DNA from: Blastocatellia bacterium
Lineage (GTDB): Bacteria; Acidobacteriota; Blastocatellia; UBA7656
Reading direction: 5' to 3'
DNA: 64,000 nt
Assembly: GCA_036277095.1 (NCBI GenBank)
Contig: DASUNP010000004.1
Coordinates: 115,300 to 179,299, forward strand
Translations under genes and position numbers: made by a program
Part shown: positions 17,510 through 27,113 of the stretch, one piece after another
Layout: every line of letters starts with the position of its first letter
How positions within the stretch are numbered: the stretch's first letter is position 1
Notes under the pieces: generated by a model
Databases searched by the model: none
The model's input: only the letters and a program-made list of their open reading frames with translations
What the model was told of the DNA's origin: nothing

Positions 17510-18773
17510 ACTCAAAGACTCGAAGCACGAGGCCGATGCGCAGTGTCGTCGCCTGAGCTTCGATCTCGCGGATCGCGCGCGCGACGTTGCGCTCGCTGCT
17601 GCGATGAGTGAGCAGAATGATGGTCGCGTCCCCCGTGTCGGTCACTCCCCGCTGCACAAGACTGTGAAGGCTTACCTGATGGCTGCCAAGGGCGTGGCCT
17701 ATATTACCTATCACGCCCGGCGAGTCCTGGGTTTCAAGACGGATATAAAACGCGCTCTCGCCGTCTTCGACAGAACAGACCGGGACTTCGCTCGCATCTA
17801 TTGTGGGCTGAAAGTAAGGCGCGAAATCAGGCAGCCTGAGCGCGCTGGCGAGGTTTATCAAATCCCCCACGACCGCGCTTGCCGTCGGCATCTGGCCAGC
17901 TCCGGGGCCAACGAGCATCACCTGCCCAACGGCGTCACCGCTAATAAAAATTGCGTTGTTTGCTCCCTCGACCGACGCGAGCAAGTGATGCAAAGGGACT
18001 AGCATCGGGTGGGCGCGAACGTCTAGACACCCGTCGCCTCTGCGCGCGAGCCCAATCATCTTCACTCTGTAACCGAACTCTTTTGCGGTCTTCATGTCCA
18101 CGTCGGTCACTGCCGAGATTCCTTGCCTGTAAACCGATTCGGCATCCACGAAACGACCGAAGGCAAGCGAAGCCAGAATGGTTATCTTGTAAGCCACGTC
18201 GAAGCCTTCAACGTCGTTGGTCGGGTCCGATTCGGCAAAGCCGAGCTGTTGCGCGCCACTGAGCGCTTCATCGAAGCTTTGGCCGCGCCCTTCCATCTCT
18301 GAGAGGATGTAATTAGTCGTACCGTTCAGAATACCCGCTACGCTCGAAATCTTGTTCGCCTCCAGGCCCCGTTGAATAGTCGAGATCAGCGGAATGCCGC
18401 CGCCGACCGCAGCCTCGAAGAGGATCGTGACGTTGTGATGATTGGCCCGATCGAAAAGCTCGGAGCCATGCGTCGCTATCAGCTCTTTATTCGCAGTGAC
18501 AACATGCTTGCCCTGCTCTATGGCGCTTCTAATAACTTCGTAAATAGGCTTGATCCCGCCCGCGACTTCGATAATTATCTCGACCTCCGGGTCTCGGACG
18601 ATCTCCATTGGGTCTTCGGTCAGGCGAACCGTCGAAAGGTCCACCTTGCGCGCCTTCGTTTTATCGCGCACCGCCACCCACTTGATTCTGAAGCGCGGGT
18701 CGTCCGATAAGAGTTTGATTACGCCTGTCCCGACTGTGCCGAGGCCGAGTATGCCTAAAGTAATCTTCGCCAT
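17508..18773 (-). CDS. hom: homoserine dehydrogenase
   Basis: NAD-binding GILGLGTVGTGV, catalytic domain and C-terminal ACT domain. Start trimmed to MAKITLGILG. Confidence 0.85.
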   Translation of the reverse strand: MAKITLGILGLGTVGTGVIKLLSDDPRFRIKWVAVRDKTKARKVDLSTVRLTEDPMEIVRDPEVEIIIEVAGGIKPIYEVIRSAIEQGKHVVTANKELIATHGSELFDRANHHNVTILFEAAVGGGIPLISTIQRGLEANKISSVAGILNGTTNYILSEMEGRGQSFDEALSGAQQLGFAESDPTNDVEGFDVAYKITILASLAFGRFVDAESVYRQGISAVTDVDMKTAKEFGYRVKMIGLARRGDGCLDVRAHPMLVPLHHLLASVEGANNAIFISGDAVGQVMLVGPGAGQMPTASAVVGDLINLASALRLPDFAPYFQPTIDASEVPVCSVEDGESAFYIRLETQDSPGVIGNIGHALGSHQVSLHSLVQRGVTDTGDATIILLTHRSSERNVARAIREIEAQATTLRIGLVLRVFE

Positions 18774-18910
18774 CCGAGCTGTCCTTCGCAGAATTGACAC
18801 GTCAGAGTAGCTGACTATCGTCCCCAGCGCAACCGCGTTGGCGATGGTGCGCATCTTTGACAATGCGCGCCGCCGCGCCTAGAATGGGCATCTGCTGGAT
18901 GGCTAAAGGC

Positions 18911-19477
18911 ATGCGAATCTCGAAGGTCTATACGAAGACGGGCGATGGCGGGGAGACTTCGCTCGTCGGCGGCGCGCGCGTGAGCAAGGCCAGCCCGCGC
19001 GTAGATGCCTACGGCGATGTCGACGAGCTTAATTCTCTGATCGGACTCGCCCGCTCGCTTGGCGATGACAGTGAGATAGATGAAACGCTGGCCCTGATCC
19101 AGAATGATCTTTTTACCGTCGGCGGAGACCTGGCTTCGCCTCTGGGGATCGAAGTCCCTCGCGTGGCCGAGAGCTTCGTCACGACTCTTGAAGAATTATC
19201 CGATCGCTTCCTCAAAGAGCTGGAGCCGTTAAAGGAATTTATCCTGCCGGGCGGGTGCGAAGCGGGCGCGACTCTCCACCTTGCGCGAACGGTCGCCCGC
19301 CGCGCGGAACGGCGCGTGGTCGCTCTGGCCGAAACGGAAGAAATCAATTCTGAAACGATCGTTTATCTGAACAGGCTCTCGGACCTGCTCTTCATCCTTG
19401 CGAGGAGCGTCAACCGCCGCGCGGGCGTGCCGGAAAAAATGACGGATTTCAGCAGGAGGAGCCGTACTAAGTCCTGA
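18911..19477 (+). CDS. ATP:cob(I)alamin adenosyltransferase, PduO type
   Basis: [18 protein letters not shown]...[15 protein letters not shown] is the hallmark N-terminus of PduO/MMAB-type adenosyltransferases. Confidence 0.8.
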   Translation: MRISKVYTKTGDGGETSLVGGARVSKASPRVDAYGDVDELNSLIGLARSLGDDSEIDETLALIQNDLFTVGGDLASPLGIEVPRVAESFVTTLEELSDRFLKELEPLKEFILPGGCEAGATLHLARTVARRAERRVVALAETEEINSETIVYLNRLSDLLFILARSVNRRAGVPEKMTDFSRRSRTKS

Positions 19478-19518
19478 GTGCTGAGTGCTGAGTATTATCT
19501 TTTACTCAGCACTCAGGA
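19473..19518 (+). terminator. stem-loop (15-bp perfect stem, GAGTGCT x2 tandem unit) directly after the adenosyltransferase stop and before accD
   Basis: cctgagtgctgagtgctgagta (19473-19494), loop ttatctttt, then tactcagcactcagg (19504-19518). No U-tract follows, so it may be a processing or stability element rather than a canonical intrinsic terminator. Confidence 0.5.
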
Positions 19519-19530
19519 CTTTCAAAAGCT

Positions 19531-20409
19531 ATGTCGTGGTTTAAGAAAAAAGAGCGACCGAAGACTACAACCCCTGACGAGGAGAAGACTGTTCGGACCG
19601 AAGGGCTGTGGATTAAGTGCCTGGGCTGCGAGCAGATGCTTTTCAAGCGCGAGATCGAAGAGAACCTCAGCGTCTGCCCGAAGTGCGGTCATCACCGTCG
19701 CATAAAAGCTCAAGAGCGCCTCGACATGACTTTCGACAACTCGGAGTGGTCCGAGTTTGATCGGGGGCTTGAGTCGAATGACCCGCTCAATTTCGTCGAC
19801 ACGAAGAACTATAAGGCCCGCCTGAAAGATATGCAGAAGAGCACGGGCCTGCGCGACGCGCTGATCACTGCCGAAGGCGTCGTTGGCGACCACCACGCGA
19901 TTGTGTGCGCTATGGAGCTAGCCTTCGTGGGCGGGTCGCTGGGCAGCGTTGTGGGCGAGAAGATCACTCGCGCCATCGAGCGCGCGATTCAAACCCGATC
20001 ATCGCTGATTATCTTCTCAGCCTCGGGCGGCGCAAGGATGCAGGAAGGTGCGATCTCGCTCATGCAGATGGCAAAGATCTCTGCCGCGCTCGCACGACTA
20101 GACGACGCAGGTCTTCCATTCATCTCTGTGTTGACCGACCCGACAACGGGCGGAGTCACGGCCAGCTATGCGATGCTCGGCGACCTCAACATAGCCGAGC
20201 CGGGCGCGCTGATAGGCTTTGCCGGGCCGCGCGTCATTGAACAGACGATCAAGCAGAAGCTGCCCGAAGGTTTTCAACGCGCTGAGTTCTTGCTGGCTCA
20301 CGGCATGCTCGACGCGGTTGTTGAGAGAAAGAACCTGAGAGAGTTCATCATCAACTCGCTCGAATTCATGAATCAGAATGGGAAGCCGTCCGCGACCAAA
20401 AAGGCGTAG
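19531..20409 (+). CDS. accD: acetyl-CoA carboxylase carboxyltransferase subunit beta
   Basis: Zn-ribbon CLGCEQ...CPKCGHH followed by the carboxyltransferase domain. Confidence 0.9.
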   Translation: MSWFKKKERPKTTTPDEEKTVRTEGLWIKCLGCEQMLFKREIEENLSVCPKCGHHRRIKAQERLDMTFDNSEWSEFDRGLESNDPLNFVDTKNYKARLKDMQKSTGLRDALITAEGVVGDHHAIVCAMELAFVGGSLGSVVGEKITRAIERAIQTRSSLIIFSASGGARMQEGAISLMQMAKISAALARLDDAGLPFISVLTDPTTGGVTASYAMLGDLNIAEPGALIGFAGPRVIEQTIKQKLPEGFQRAEFLLAHGMLDAVVERKNLREFIINSLEFMNQNGKPSATKKA

Positions 20410-20495
20410 AACGGCCGGTAAGAAAATCTTTTAATGTGCCACTCAACAGACTCCCCGTATCTCCTCATTTATAACCAGACGGTTATTAGCATAAG

Positions 20496-21812
20496 ATGGA
20501 TTATTCCGAATCGATAAGTTATCTATATGGACTCGGACACGAAGTCCTTGCGGCCAAGTACGGTCTGGACAGCACGCGCCTGCTGCTTGAAAAGCTCGAC
20601 CGCCCCGATCTCTCTTTCCAGTCGGTGATAGTGGCCGGGACCAACGGGAAAGGGTCGGTCGCTGCTATGATCGAATCGATCACAAGGGCATCAGGCATCC
20701 GAACGGCGCTATATACATCGCCTCATCTCGTAAGGATCGAAGAGCGCGCGCGCGTAAACGGAGTCAATATCTCTGCCGACGAGTTTGCGCGCCACGCTAC
20801 GGTGATAAGGCGCGCGGCCCAATCGCTCGTGGAAGAAGGCAGGCTAGAGGCGCTGCCGACATTTTTCGAGCAGATGACGGCGATTGCCCTGTCACATTTC
20901 CGAGAAAGCGGCGCGCAACTGGCGGTGCTCGAAGTTGGTTTAGGTGGGCGACTTGACGCGACAAACGTCGTAGACGCTCTATGCTCGGTCGTCACACAAA
21001 TTGACTTCGACCATCAAAACATTTTGGGAAATACGATTGCAGAGATCGCCGCCGAGAAAGCTGCCATAATCAAACCCGGGGCGCGGGCAGTGATTGGCCG
21101 CCAGCGCCATCAGGTGGCCGTCGACGTTTTGATGCGGCAATGTCTTGAGACAAACGTGCTGCCCGTCTTCGCAAACGAGCCGACGGCGGTTTCGATCAGC
21201 GATTACGGCAGGACCACTTTCGATTACGAATCGGGGCGGTCGAACTACAGCCGCATAATGGTCGGGCTGCGGGGCCGTCACCAGGCGCAGAACGCCGCCG
21301 CCGCTATCGAAGCCGCAGAGCTCTTGTCCGATCTCGGATTCGCCGTCAAGCGCGGGGCAATAATTAAAGGGCTGCGGACGGTCCAGTGGCCCGGGAGGCT
21401 TGAGCTGATCGATGATCGCCCTTCGATTCTGCTCGACGGCGCGCATAACCCCGGCGGCGCGCGCGCCTTGCGCGCCTATCTCGAAGAAGTCTGGCACGGC
21501 CCTGTGACATTAGTCTTTGGAGCGATGGGCGATAAAGACATCGCAGGCATGGCCGCGGAGCTGTTCCCGGCCGCAAAGACCATTGTCCTGACGAGAGTCA
21601 AAGACCGTCGCGCGGCTACAAACACAAGGCTCGGGACTTCGGCGCTCGGCGGGACGCGCAACGTGATCTTCACTGAATCGGTCGGCCAGGCAGTCTCGTG
21701 GGCGCGGAGCGTGACGCCGCCCGATGGGTTGATATGCGTCGCGGGCTCGCTTCATCTGGTCGGAGAGGTCAAGCAATGGCTTGAGGACGAAGACGGGCAG
21801 CAACCTTCTTAA
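20496..21812 (+). CDS. folC: bifunctional folylpolyglutamate synthase / dihydrofolate synthase
   Basis: Mur ligase P-loop VAGTNGKGS. Conserved accD-folC gene order. Confidence 0.9.
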   Translation: MDYSESISYLYGLGHEVLAAKYGLDSTRLLLEKLDRPDLSFQSVIVAGTNGKGSVAAMIESITRASGIRTALYTSPHLVRIEERARVNGVNISADEFARHATVIRRAAQSLVEEGRLEALPTFFEQMTAIALSHFRESGAQLAVLEVGLGGRLDATNVVDALCSVVTQIDFDHQNILGNTIAEIAAEKAAIIKPGARAVIGRQRHQVAVDVLMRQCLETNVLPVFANEPTAVSISDYGRTTFDYESGRSNYSRIMVGLRGRHQAQNAAAAIEAAELLSDLGFAVKRGAIIKGLRTVQWPGRLELIDDRPSILLDGAHNPGGARALRAYLEEVWHGPVTLVFGAMGDKDIAGMAAELFPAAKTIVLTRVKDRRAATNTRLGTSALGGTRNVIFTESVGQAVSWARSVTPPDGLICVAGSLHLVGEVKQWLEDEDGQQPS

Positions 21813-21822
21813 GAATAAAATT

Positions 21823-22356
21823 ATGGCTTATGAGCTTATAAAAAGAGATTACATCTATCGCGGCAAGATACTCGATCTGTCAAAGAGTCGCTTCGAGTCT
21901 GCTACTAAAGGCGAAGTCGAAATCGAGATCGTCCATCACAATGGCGGAGCGGGAGCTTTGCCCGTGTTTGATGACAGAACAATCGCGCTCGTCCGTCAAT
22001 GGCGCTACCCGTTGGGTCGTTATTCGCTTGAAATCTCTGCCGGCCGCATCGAGCCCGGGCAGACTCCTGAGATGGCTGCGCGCAGGGAGCTTGAAGAAGA
22101 GGTAGGGTTGCGCGCTGCGAGCCTTACAAAGCTTTGCGAGTTTATTGTAGCGCCGGGTTATTGCGAAGAGCGAATCTACACATACCTCGCGACGGGGTTG
22201 GAAGAGTTCGCCCAAAGTCTCGACGACGACGAAGAGATCGAAGTTGTTCGCCTGCCTTTCGCCGAAGCCCTCGGCTTAGTACGCGCGCGCGAGATCGACG
22301 ATGCGAAAAGCATAATCACTCTGCTCATGGCTGCGCCGTTGATAGAAAACATGTAG
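21823..22356 (+). CDS. NUDIX hydrolase (ADP-ribose pyrophosphatase-like)
   Basis: Nudix box GRIEPGQTPEMAARRELEEEVGL. Start trimmed to MAYELIK, 11 nt after the folC stop. Confidence 0.75.
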   Translation: MAYELIKRDYIYRGKILDLSKSRFESATKGEVEIEIVHHNGGAGALPVFDDRTIALVRQWRYPLGRYSLEISAGRIEPGQTPEMAARRELEEEVGLRAASLTKLCEFIVAPGYCEERIYTYLATGLEEFAQSLDDDEEIEVVRLPFAEALGLVRAREIDDAKSIITLLMAAPLIENM

Positions 22357-22421
22357 AATGATCTGTCAAGGCGTTCAATCGCCGTAGCCCTGCGCCCGAA
22401 TCTACCGTCGAGGTTAGTCTG

Positions 22422-23204
22422 GTGAGCAAGCTCAAGACAACGCTTGTATATCTTTGGGCTCCGCTGGCAAACCTGCTCTGGTATGTCTACACGATCTTGA
22501 TTGGGACGATCTCTCTAATCCTCTGGCCCTTTGACCGGACAGGACGGATGCAGCATTCGTGCGGGCGGTTGTGGTGTCGCATGATTGCCTGGACGATAGG
22601 CGCGCGCCTGAGGGTTTATGGAACGGAATGGCTTTCGCCCGAGGGGCGATACGTCTACATGGCAAACCACGCGAGCCTGATCGATATTCCCGCGCTCTTT
22701 GCTTGCTTGCCCTATCAGTTTCACATTCTGGCGAAGAAGGAGCTCTTTTACGTCCCGTTTCTAGGCTGGTATCTCCGTTCTGCGGGACACTTCGCTATCG
22801 ACCGGAGCGACGCCAGGAGGACCGCGCGCAGCATACGGCGCGTCGTCATGGCATTGCGCAATGGCCGGTCGCTTGCCGTCTTCCCCGAAGGCACGCGCTC
22901 ATCCGATGGCCGTGTGAGGGAGTTCAAGCCGGGGGCGTTCAAGATCGCCCTGCGCGCAGGGGCCGCGATCGTGCCCGTGACGATTAGAGGCGCGCACGAG
23001 CTGCTGCCGAAAGGCTCGCTCGCGCCGCGCCCGGGCAGAGTCGATGTAATAATTGGCGAGCCGATCGAAACAATCTCTTACTCCGAGGCTCAGTTGCCGC
23101 AGTTGATCGCAAGGACGCGGAGCGCGATAATCGACAGCCTTCTTGAGCCTGCTTTAAATGAACGAAAAGAGGCAAGCTTGACCGCACAATCTTCAGGCCG
23201 CTAA
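22422..23204 (+). CDS. plsC: 1-acyl-sn-glycerol-3-phosphate acyltransferase
   Basis: Acyltransferase motifs NHASLID (HX4D variant) and FPEGTRS. GTG start with GAGG 8 nt upstream. Confidence 0.85.
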   Translation: MSKLKTTLVYLWAPLANLLWYVYTILIGTISLILWPFDRTGRMQHSCGRLWCRMIAWTIGARLRVYGTEWLSPEGRYVYMANHASLIDIPALFACLPYQFHILAKKELFYVPFLGWYLRSAGHFAIDRSDARRTARSIRRVVMALRNGRSLAVFPEGTRSSDGRVREFKPGAFKIALRAGAAIVPVTIRGAHELLPKGSLAPRPGRVDVIIGEPIETISYSEAQLPQLIARTRSAIIDSLLEPALNERKEASLTAQSSGR

Positions 23205-23239
23205 ACTGGCATTGCTACTAACGTGCTCGAAGGTAATAG

Positions 23240-24043
23240 ATGTCAGACCAACCGCTGGCCCTAGTAAACGCCGACCATCAAACCGCGCTTGCAAGACCCG
23301 ACCCTGACAATCCGCAATGGGGGCTCATTGGCGGCGTCTGCATCTGGCTTCTCAGTTTCTCGTTGCCGCAAGTAGTGCCAGTGCCATATCTGCTCATCGC
23401 ACGCCAGGCCGGGAAGGTTGTTATCCCGACTCCCGAAGACCTGTCGACCGGCAACCTCGACGTAAGGTTTATCATTATTTCTCTTGTTTCGACCCTTATT
23501 ATCCACATCATCATGCTTGCTGTGTGCTGGGCGGTCGTCACTCAGTTCAGGCGCCTCCCATTCTTCGCCACTCTCGGGTGGCACTGGGCAGGAATGCCTC
23601 TCTGGATGAGAATTATGCTGGTGATATGGGTCCTCGGATTAGTCTTTCTAATCAACATCTTTTTGCCGTACATACTGCCCGATACACAGACCACTCCCTT
23701 CGCGCACATTCTGCGGTCGTCCAAGGCCGCGAAGTATCTTGTCGTCGGCGTGGCCGTGTTGACTGCCCCATTCGTCGAAGAGCTGGTTTATCGGGGAATG
23801 CTTTACTCGGGGCTGCGGAGCCGGCTTCCGGAATCGGTTTCTATCCTGGTAGTGACACTGGTCTTCGCCATAGTCCACATTCAGCAGTACTGGGGGGCAT
23901 GGTCATCTCTCATAGGGCTGACGACGCTCAGCCTTTCCATGACTGTCATACGAGCAAAGACAAAATCGCTTCTTCCCTGCGTGGTTATTCATCAGGTCAA
24001 CAACACGATAGCAGGCTTACTCATTCTCGCCGGTGTTGAATGA
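23240..24043 (+). CDS. CPBP-family (CAAX/Abi) intramembrane metalloprotease
   Basis: Polytopic membrane protein with EELVYRG (the EExxxR motif) and FAIVHIQ (the second His motif). Confidence 0.75.
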   Translation: MSDQPLALVNADHQTALARPDPDNPQWGLIGGVCIWLLSFSLPQVVPVPYLLIARQAGKVVIPTPEDLSTGNLDVRFIIISLVSTLIIHIIMLAVCWAVVTQFRRLPFFATLGWHWAGMPLWMRIMLVIWVLGLVFLINIFLPYILPDTQTTPFAHILRSSKAAKYLVVGVAVLTAPFVEELVYRGMLYSGLRSRLPESVSILVVTLVFAIVHIQQYWGAWSSLIGLTTLSLSMTVIRAKTKSLLPCVVIHQVNNTIAGLLILAGVE

Positions 24044-24046
24044 CCG

Positions 24047-24691
24047 TCACAGCACCCAGAGCGGCCGCGTCGGATAGTAATCTGGCGATTGGCCCGGATT
24101 GCGCTTGCTGAATTCGAGGTAGCGGCGGTGCCATTTCCGATAGCGGGCGTCGGATGAACGGATAGCCGCGTGCGGAATCTCCTGGAGGTGGCGCTCAACC
24201 TTCCACACGTTGCGGAGTGAGAACCTCCAATCGTAATTGCCCAGGTCGTTGAGGTCCGCGACGCTATACCCTGTTATGCGGCCGGTCTTATCTATGTAGG
24301 TATCGAAATAGCTCATCACGAGGTCGCGCACGGTGCGAAAGACGGGTTTGCGACCGTGAAGCCCGATGTCACGGGACCGCGCGACTGAACCGTAACGGTC
24401 GCCTTTCCTATAAAGAAATAAAACGTGGTCCAACAAGTCCTGCGACTCGATACTGACCAGCAGCGGGGGATAGCCCCAGTACTCCAGAATGACTGCCGCG
24501 ACGATCGCCGCCTCCAGACAATGAGCGCGGTTGTTTCTGATGACGCCGCGAAAAGAGAGGAGAGTCCCCCCGCCCTCTTCGCGGTTATAGGGGAGCGAGC
24601 TCAAATACCGCTGGACCTGGTAGGGCGTGCGATGACTATCGATGACGCTCAACTCTTTGGGCGTGAAATCTGATTTGGACGGCTTCATCAC
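24047..24691 (-). CDS. hypothetical protein, possibly a transglutaminase-like Cys-protease fold
   Basis: A Cys in AHCLEAAIV resembles the GxCxxFA environment of transglutaminase-like enzymes, with downstream His/Asp candidates. Weak assignment. The stop/start overlaps the upstream GT39 gene by 4 nt. Confidence 0.4.
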   Translation of the reverse strand: MMKPSKSDFTPKELSVIDSHRTPYQVQRYLSSLPYNREEGGGTLLSFRGVIRNNRAHCLEAAIVAAVILEYWGYPPLLVSIESQDLLDHVLFLYRKGDRYGSVARSRDIGLHGRKPVFRTVRDLVMSYFDTYIDKTGRITGYSVADLNDLGNYDWRFSLRNVWKVERHLQEIPHAAIRSSDARYRKWHRRYLEFSKRNPGQSPDYYPTRPLWVL

Positions 24692-26475
24692 TCGGGCCTG
24701 GTTCCTTTTTCGATCTTGTAAATTATCGCCTCCTGATTATTCGGAATCTCAAAGCTCGCGATCTTTGTGAAGCGCTCAGGCGCAGCCCGCAGAATCTCTT
24801 CGACGCGGCGCTCGGCGGGTGCGACGTAGTCTTCCGGCGCGTAGCCCGTGCGGACAAGAAGATAATCGCAAGTATCTATGCGGTCGAGCGCGGATTCGAC
24901 TACTAGCCAGTCGACGTAGATCAACGGCGGGCCTGCTCGTTCGGGGGCCATCAGGCGCGCGGTCATGCCGATGGTCGACGGATTCATTTGAGGCATGTTT
25001 ACTACAATCCCCAAAATCGCCTGCCCTGCTTCATCGAATATGCCTATGCCTTTCGTCGGAGGCGAGATAGTCTCTTCAGGGGTCGGCTGGCGACCGCTCG
25101 TCTGCCGATTGGCACTCTCAGACCTGTCCCTCATCTTCGCAAGCTCCTGGTCGCGGTGTGCTTTCACAGCCCGGACTATATCCTGGATCTTCCAATCATC
25201 AGACAACGGGTGATGGTCGAAGCCATAATAGTTTCTTGCGAATATCCTCCAACTGAAAAGCGGCAGCTCATAAGAGAGTCCATAACCGTCGCGCGGGTAT
25301 TGCGCATTCATGAAACTTACAACTGACCAAACCACGATAACGGCTGCCAGAGCCGGTTTCAGGGCGCGCTTGAGCTTCGATGCGGGCGACGGCTTTGAGC
25401 TTGTAAACCAACTGACCGACAGCAGCGCGACGGCGGGAAGAATAGGCACGGTGTAGCGAGCGTCTTTGTTTGCTACAAAAGTAAAGGCGATCATCCCGCT
25501 CAGGACCCAGAGGCTGAGCAACGCGGTCCCCTTGCGACGGCGGACCAGCGAGTAGATAAGTCCGAACAGGAAGAGCGCACCAAAAGGAACCTGCACCTGT
25601 GTGCTGAGCAGCGCGTGAACGTAAAACAGGTTCGACCCTATGGTGTAAAGCGGCGCTTCGTTTTCATTGACCGCGCCGACTTGATTCACCTTGTAAATCG
25701 CGATGACATCATCCAGATGCGGGACGTACCAGATGCCTGCGATGACTATTGCAACAGCCGCCGCGAGCACCAGATTCAAAATTGCCTTCGCGTCGCGGCT
25801 GATTAATACGCGGATCGTTATGTAGAGGGCGGGCAGGAAGAAAAAGAACGGGAACGTCTGCTTGGTCAGCATCCCTAATCCTGTGACTACGCCAAATGCA
25901 ACAGCGTGGCGGCGGACCTTAAAATCACCTGCGCGGATGAGCAAGGCGAAACTCAACGCGACTATCGCGATCAACGGGTAATCCAGGAATGCATCGTGGA
26001 CAAGCCACGCGGGGAAGTGGTAACAGACCACGAGCAGAGCTGCCAGAATGCCCGGCCAATAAACTGGTCGCCCGTTGCCGTTTGCACCCTCCAGGCTCTC
26101 TTTCGAGTAAAGGAACCTCGCTGTCCAGTAGACGGAGCCTAACAAGATTGCCAGTGAGATAAAGTTCACGCCTATGCCGGCCAGTCGAGACGCGCCGAAG
26201 ACCAGAAAGACGAGGGCCGTCACGATGTGGACCAGCGGCGCGTAGAAATGCGGCATGGAAAAAAAGTCCTTCGCGAAATCAGCAAACCGGAGGTGCGCCA
26301 GACTCTGATAGTAATCATAACCTGCGCTGATGTGGTCGGCGGGGTCCCAGGGCGGGGGCGTCTTGTCCAACTCGGTCCAGATGATGGTAGACAGACTTAC
26401 ACCCAGGAATAGGATCGCGAGCGGCAATACGTGTTTATAAGGTCGTAGTCTGTTTCCAGTCACGGTAGCGGGCAA
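24688..26475 (-). CDS. GT39/GT83-like (ArnT/PMT-type) membrane glycosyltransferase
   Basis: 595 aa. The N-terminal two-thirds has more than 10 predicted TM helices with a short first periplasmic loop (DxD-like region TELDKTPPPWDPADH). The C-terminal soluble domain is about 200 aa. Confidence 0.7.
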   Translation of the reverse strand: MPATVTGNRLRPYKHVLPLAILFLGVSLSTIIWTELDKTPPPWDPADHISAGYDYYQSLAHLRFADFAKDFFSMPHFYAPLVHIVTALVFLVFGASRLAGIGVNFISLAILLGSVYWTARFLYSKESLEGANGNGRPVYWPGILAALLVVCYHFPAWLVHDAFLDYPLIAIVALSFALLIRAGDFKVRRHAVAFGVVTGLGMLTKQTFPFFFFLPALYITIRVLISRDAKAILNLVLAAAVAIVIAGIWYVPHLDDVIAIYKVNQVGAVNENEAPLYTIGSNLFYVHALLSTQVQVPFGALFLFGLIYSLVRRRKGTALLSLWVLSGMIAFTFVANKDARYTVPILPAVALLSVSWFTSSKPSPASKLKRALKPALAAVIVVWSVVSFMNAQYPRDGYGLSYELPLFSWRIFARNYYGFDHHPLSDDWKIQDIVRAVKAHRDQELAKMRDRSESANRQTSGRQPTPEETISPPTKGIGIFDEAGQAILGIVVNMPQMNPSTIGMTARLMAPERAGPPLIYVDWLVVESALDRIDTCDYLLVRTGYAPEDYVAPAERRVEEILRAAPERFTKIASFEIPNNQEAIIYKIEKGTRPE

Positions 26476-26611
26476 TTATGTGGAATGCTTGCCTGGAAGG
26501 TCAAGCAGAGCTTGAATGTCTGAGAGTACAGCTTTGATCCATGCCCGCTTCGTTCGCATACGGCCAGGCTCGCTTTCAGCGCGCTAGAGGCGCGAACTAA
26601 ACGGGTCAGGC

Positions 26612-26626
26612 TGGCACAGCGGTTGC
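26612..26626 (+). promoter_or_regulatory. sigma-54 (RpoN) promoter consensus: TGGCAC-N5-TTGC
   Basis: cTGGCACagcggTTGCg, with correct GG(-24)/GC(-12) spacing. Lies about 30 nt upstream of an AGGAGG RBS and the ATG at 26655. Confidence 0.5.
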
Positions 26627-26654
26627 GATTATCAACATCAGGAGGGACGAATAG

Positions 26655-26855
26655 ATGTTAGCCGTACTTATACCAATATTGTTCTTCGCGATGCTCACAG
26701 TAGTCACTTTAGCGATTAGCTTTTATTGCGTAGACATCGTCTTGAGGTTAATCGGTCGTGGCCTCTTAAGCCAGGTTGCGCCGTCGCCCGAGCCTGTACG
26801 CGTCCAAACGGTCCACAGAGCTGCCACCGGGCCTTTGCGGGCGCTTAGAACTTGA
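26655..26855 (+). CDS. small hypothetical membrane protein (66 aa)
   Basis: Strong SD (AGGAGGG) 7 nt upstream. The N-terminal 35 aa form a TM helix (MLAVLIPILFFAMLTVVTLAISFYCVDIVL). Preceded by a sigma-54 consensus. Low GC. Confidence 0.35.
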   Translation: MLAVLIPILFFAMLTVVTLAISFYCVDIVLRLIGRGLLSQVAPSPEPVRVQTVHRAATGPLRALRT

Positions 26856-27043
26856 AGCCTTCGTCCTCGATTTCCCTTCGGCCCCCCTCCCTTTGACTCG
26901 CGCAACTTCTTTATCAATGGCGGCTTAACCTACACTTCCTAGTACCGAAACCATCCGGTAATTCTTCACCGCCACGTTCGGCCACTAAGGAATAAAGGCG
27001 CACTTTAGAGACAAAAAACGCTAAATCGATAGGGAGTCTTAAC

Positions 27044-27058
27044 TGGCACGCCTATTGC
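27044..27058 (+). promoter_or_regulatory. sigma-54 (RpoN) promoter consensus: TGGCAC-N5-TTGC
   Basis: aacTGGCACgcctaTTGCc. Lies about 55 nt upstream of the ATG at 27114, with SD GGGGTGA. Confidence 0.55.
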
Positions 27059-27113
27059 CACGGCTAGGTCGGAACGAACAAGGGTTTAGGGTAAACGAAA
27101 GGGGTGACGGGTA

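Noticed and set aside
23261-24039. 240-aa + strand ORF and several 60-107 aa ORFs overlapping the CPBP protease gene
   Set aside because: They are alternative frames of the same region. The CPBP frame carries the EExxxR and His motifs and TM helices; the others do not.
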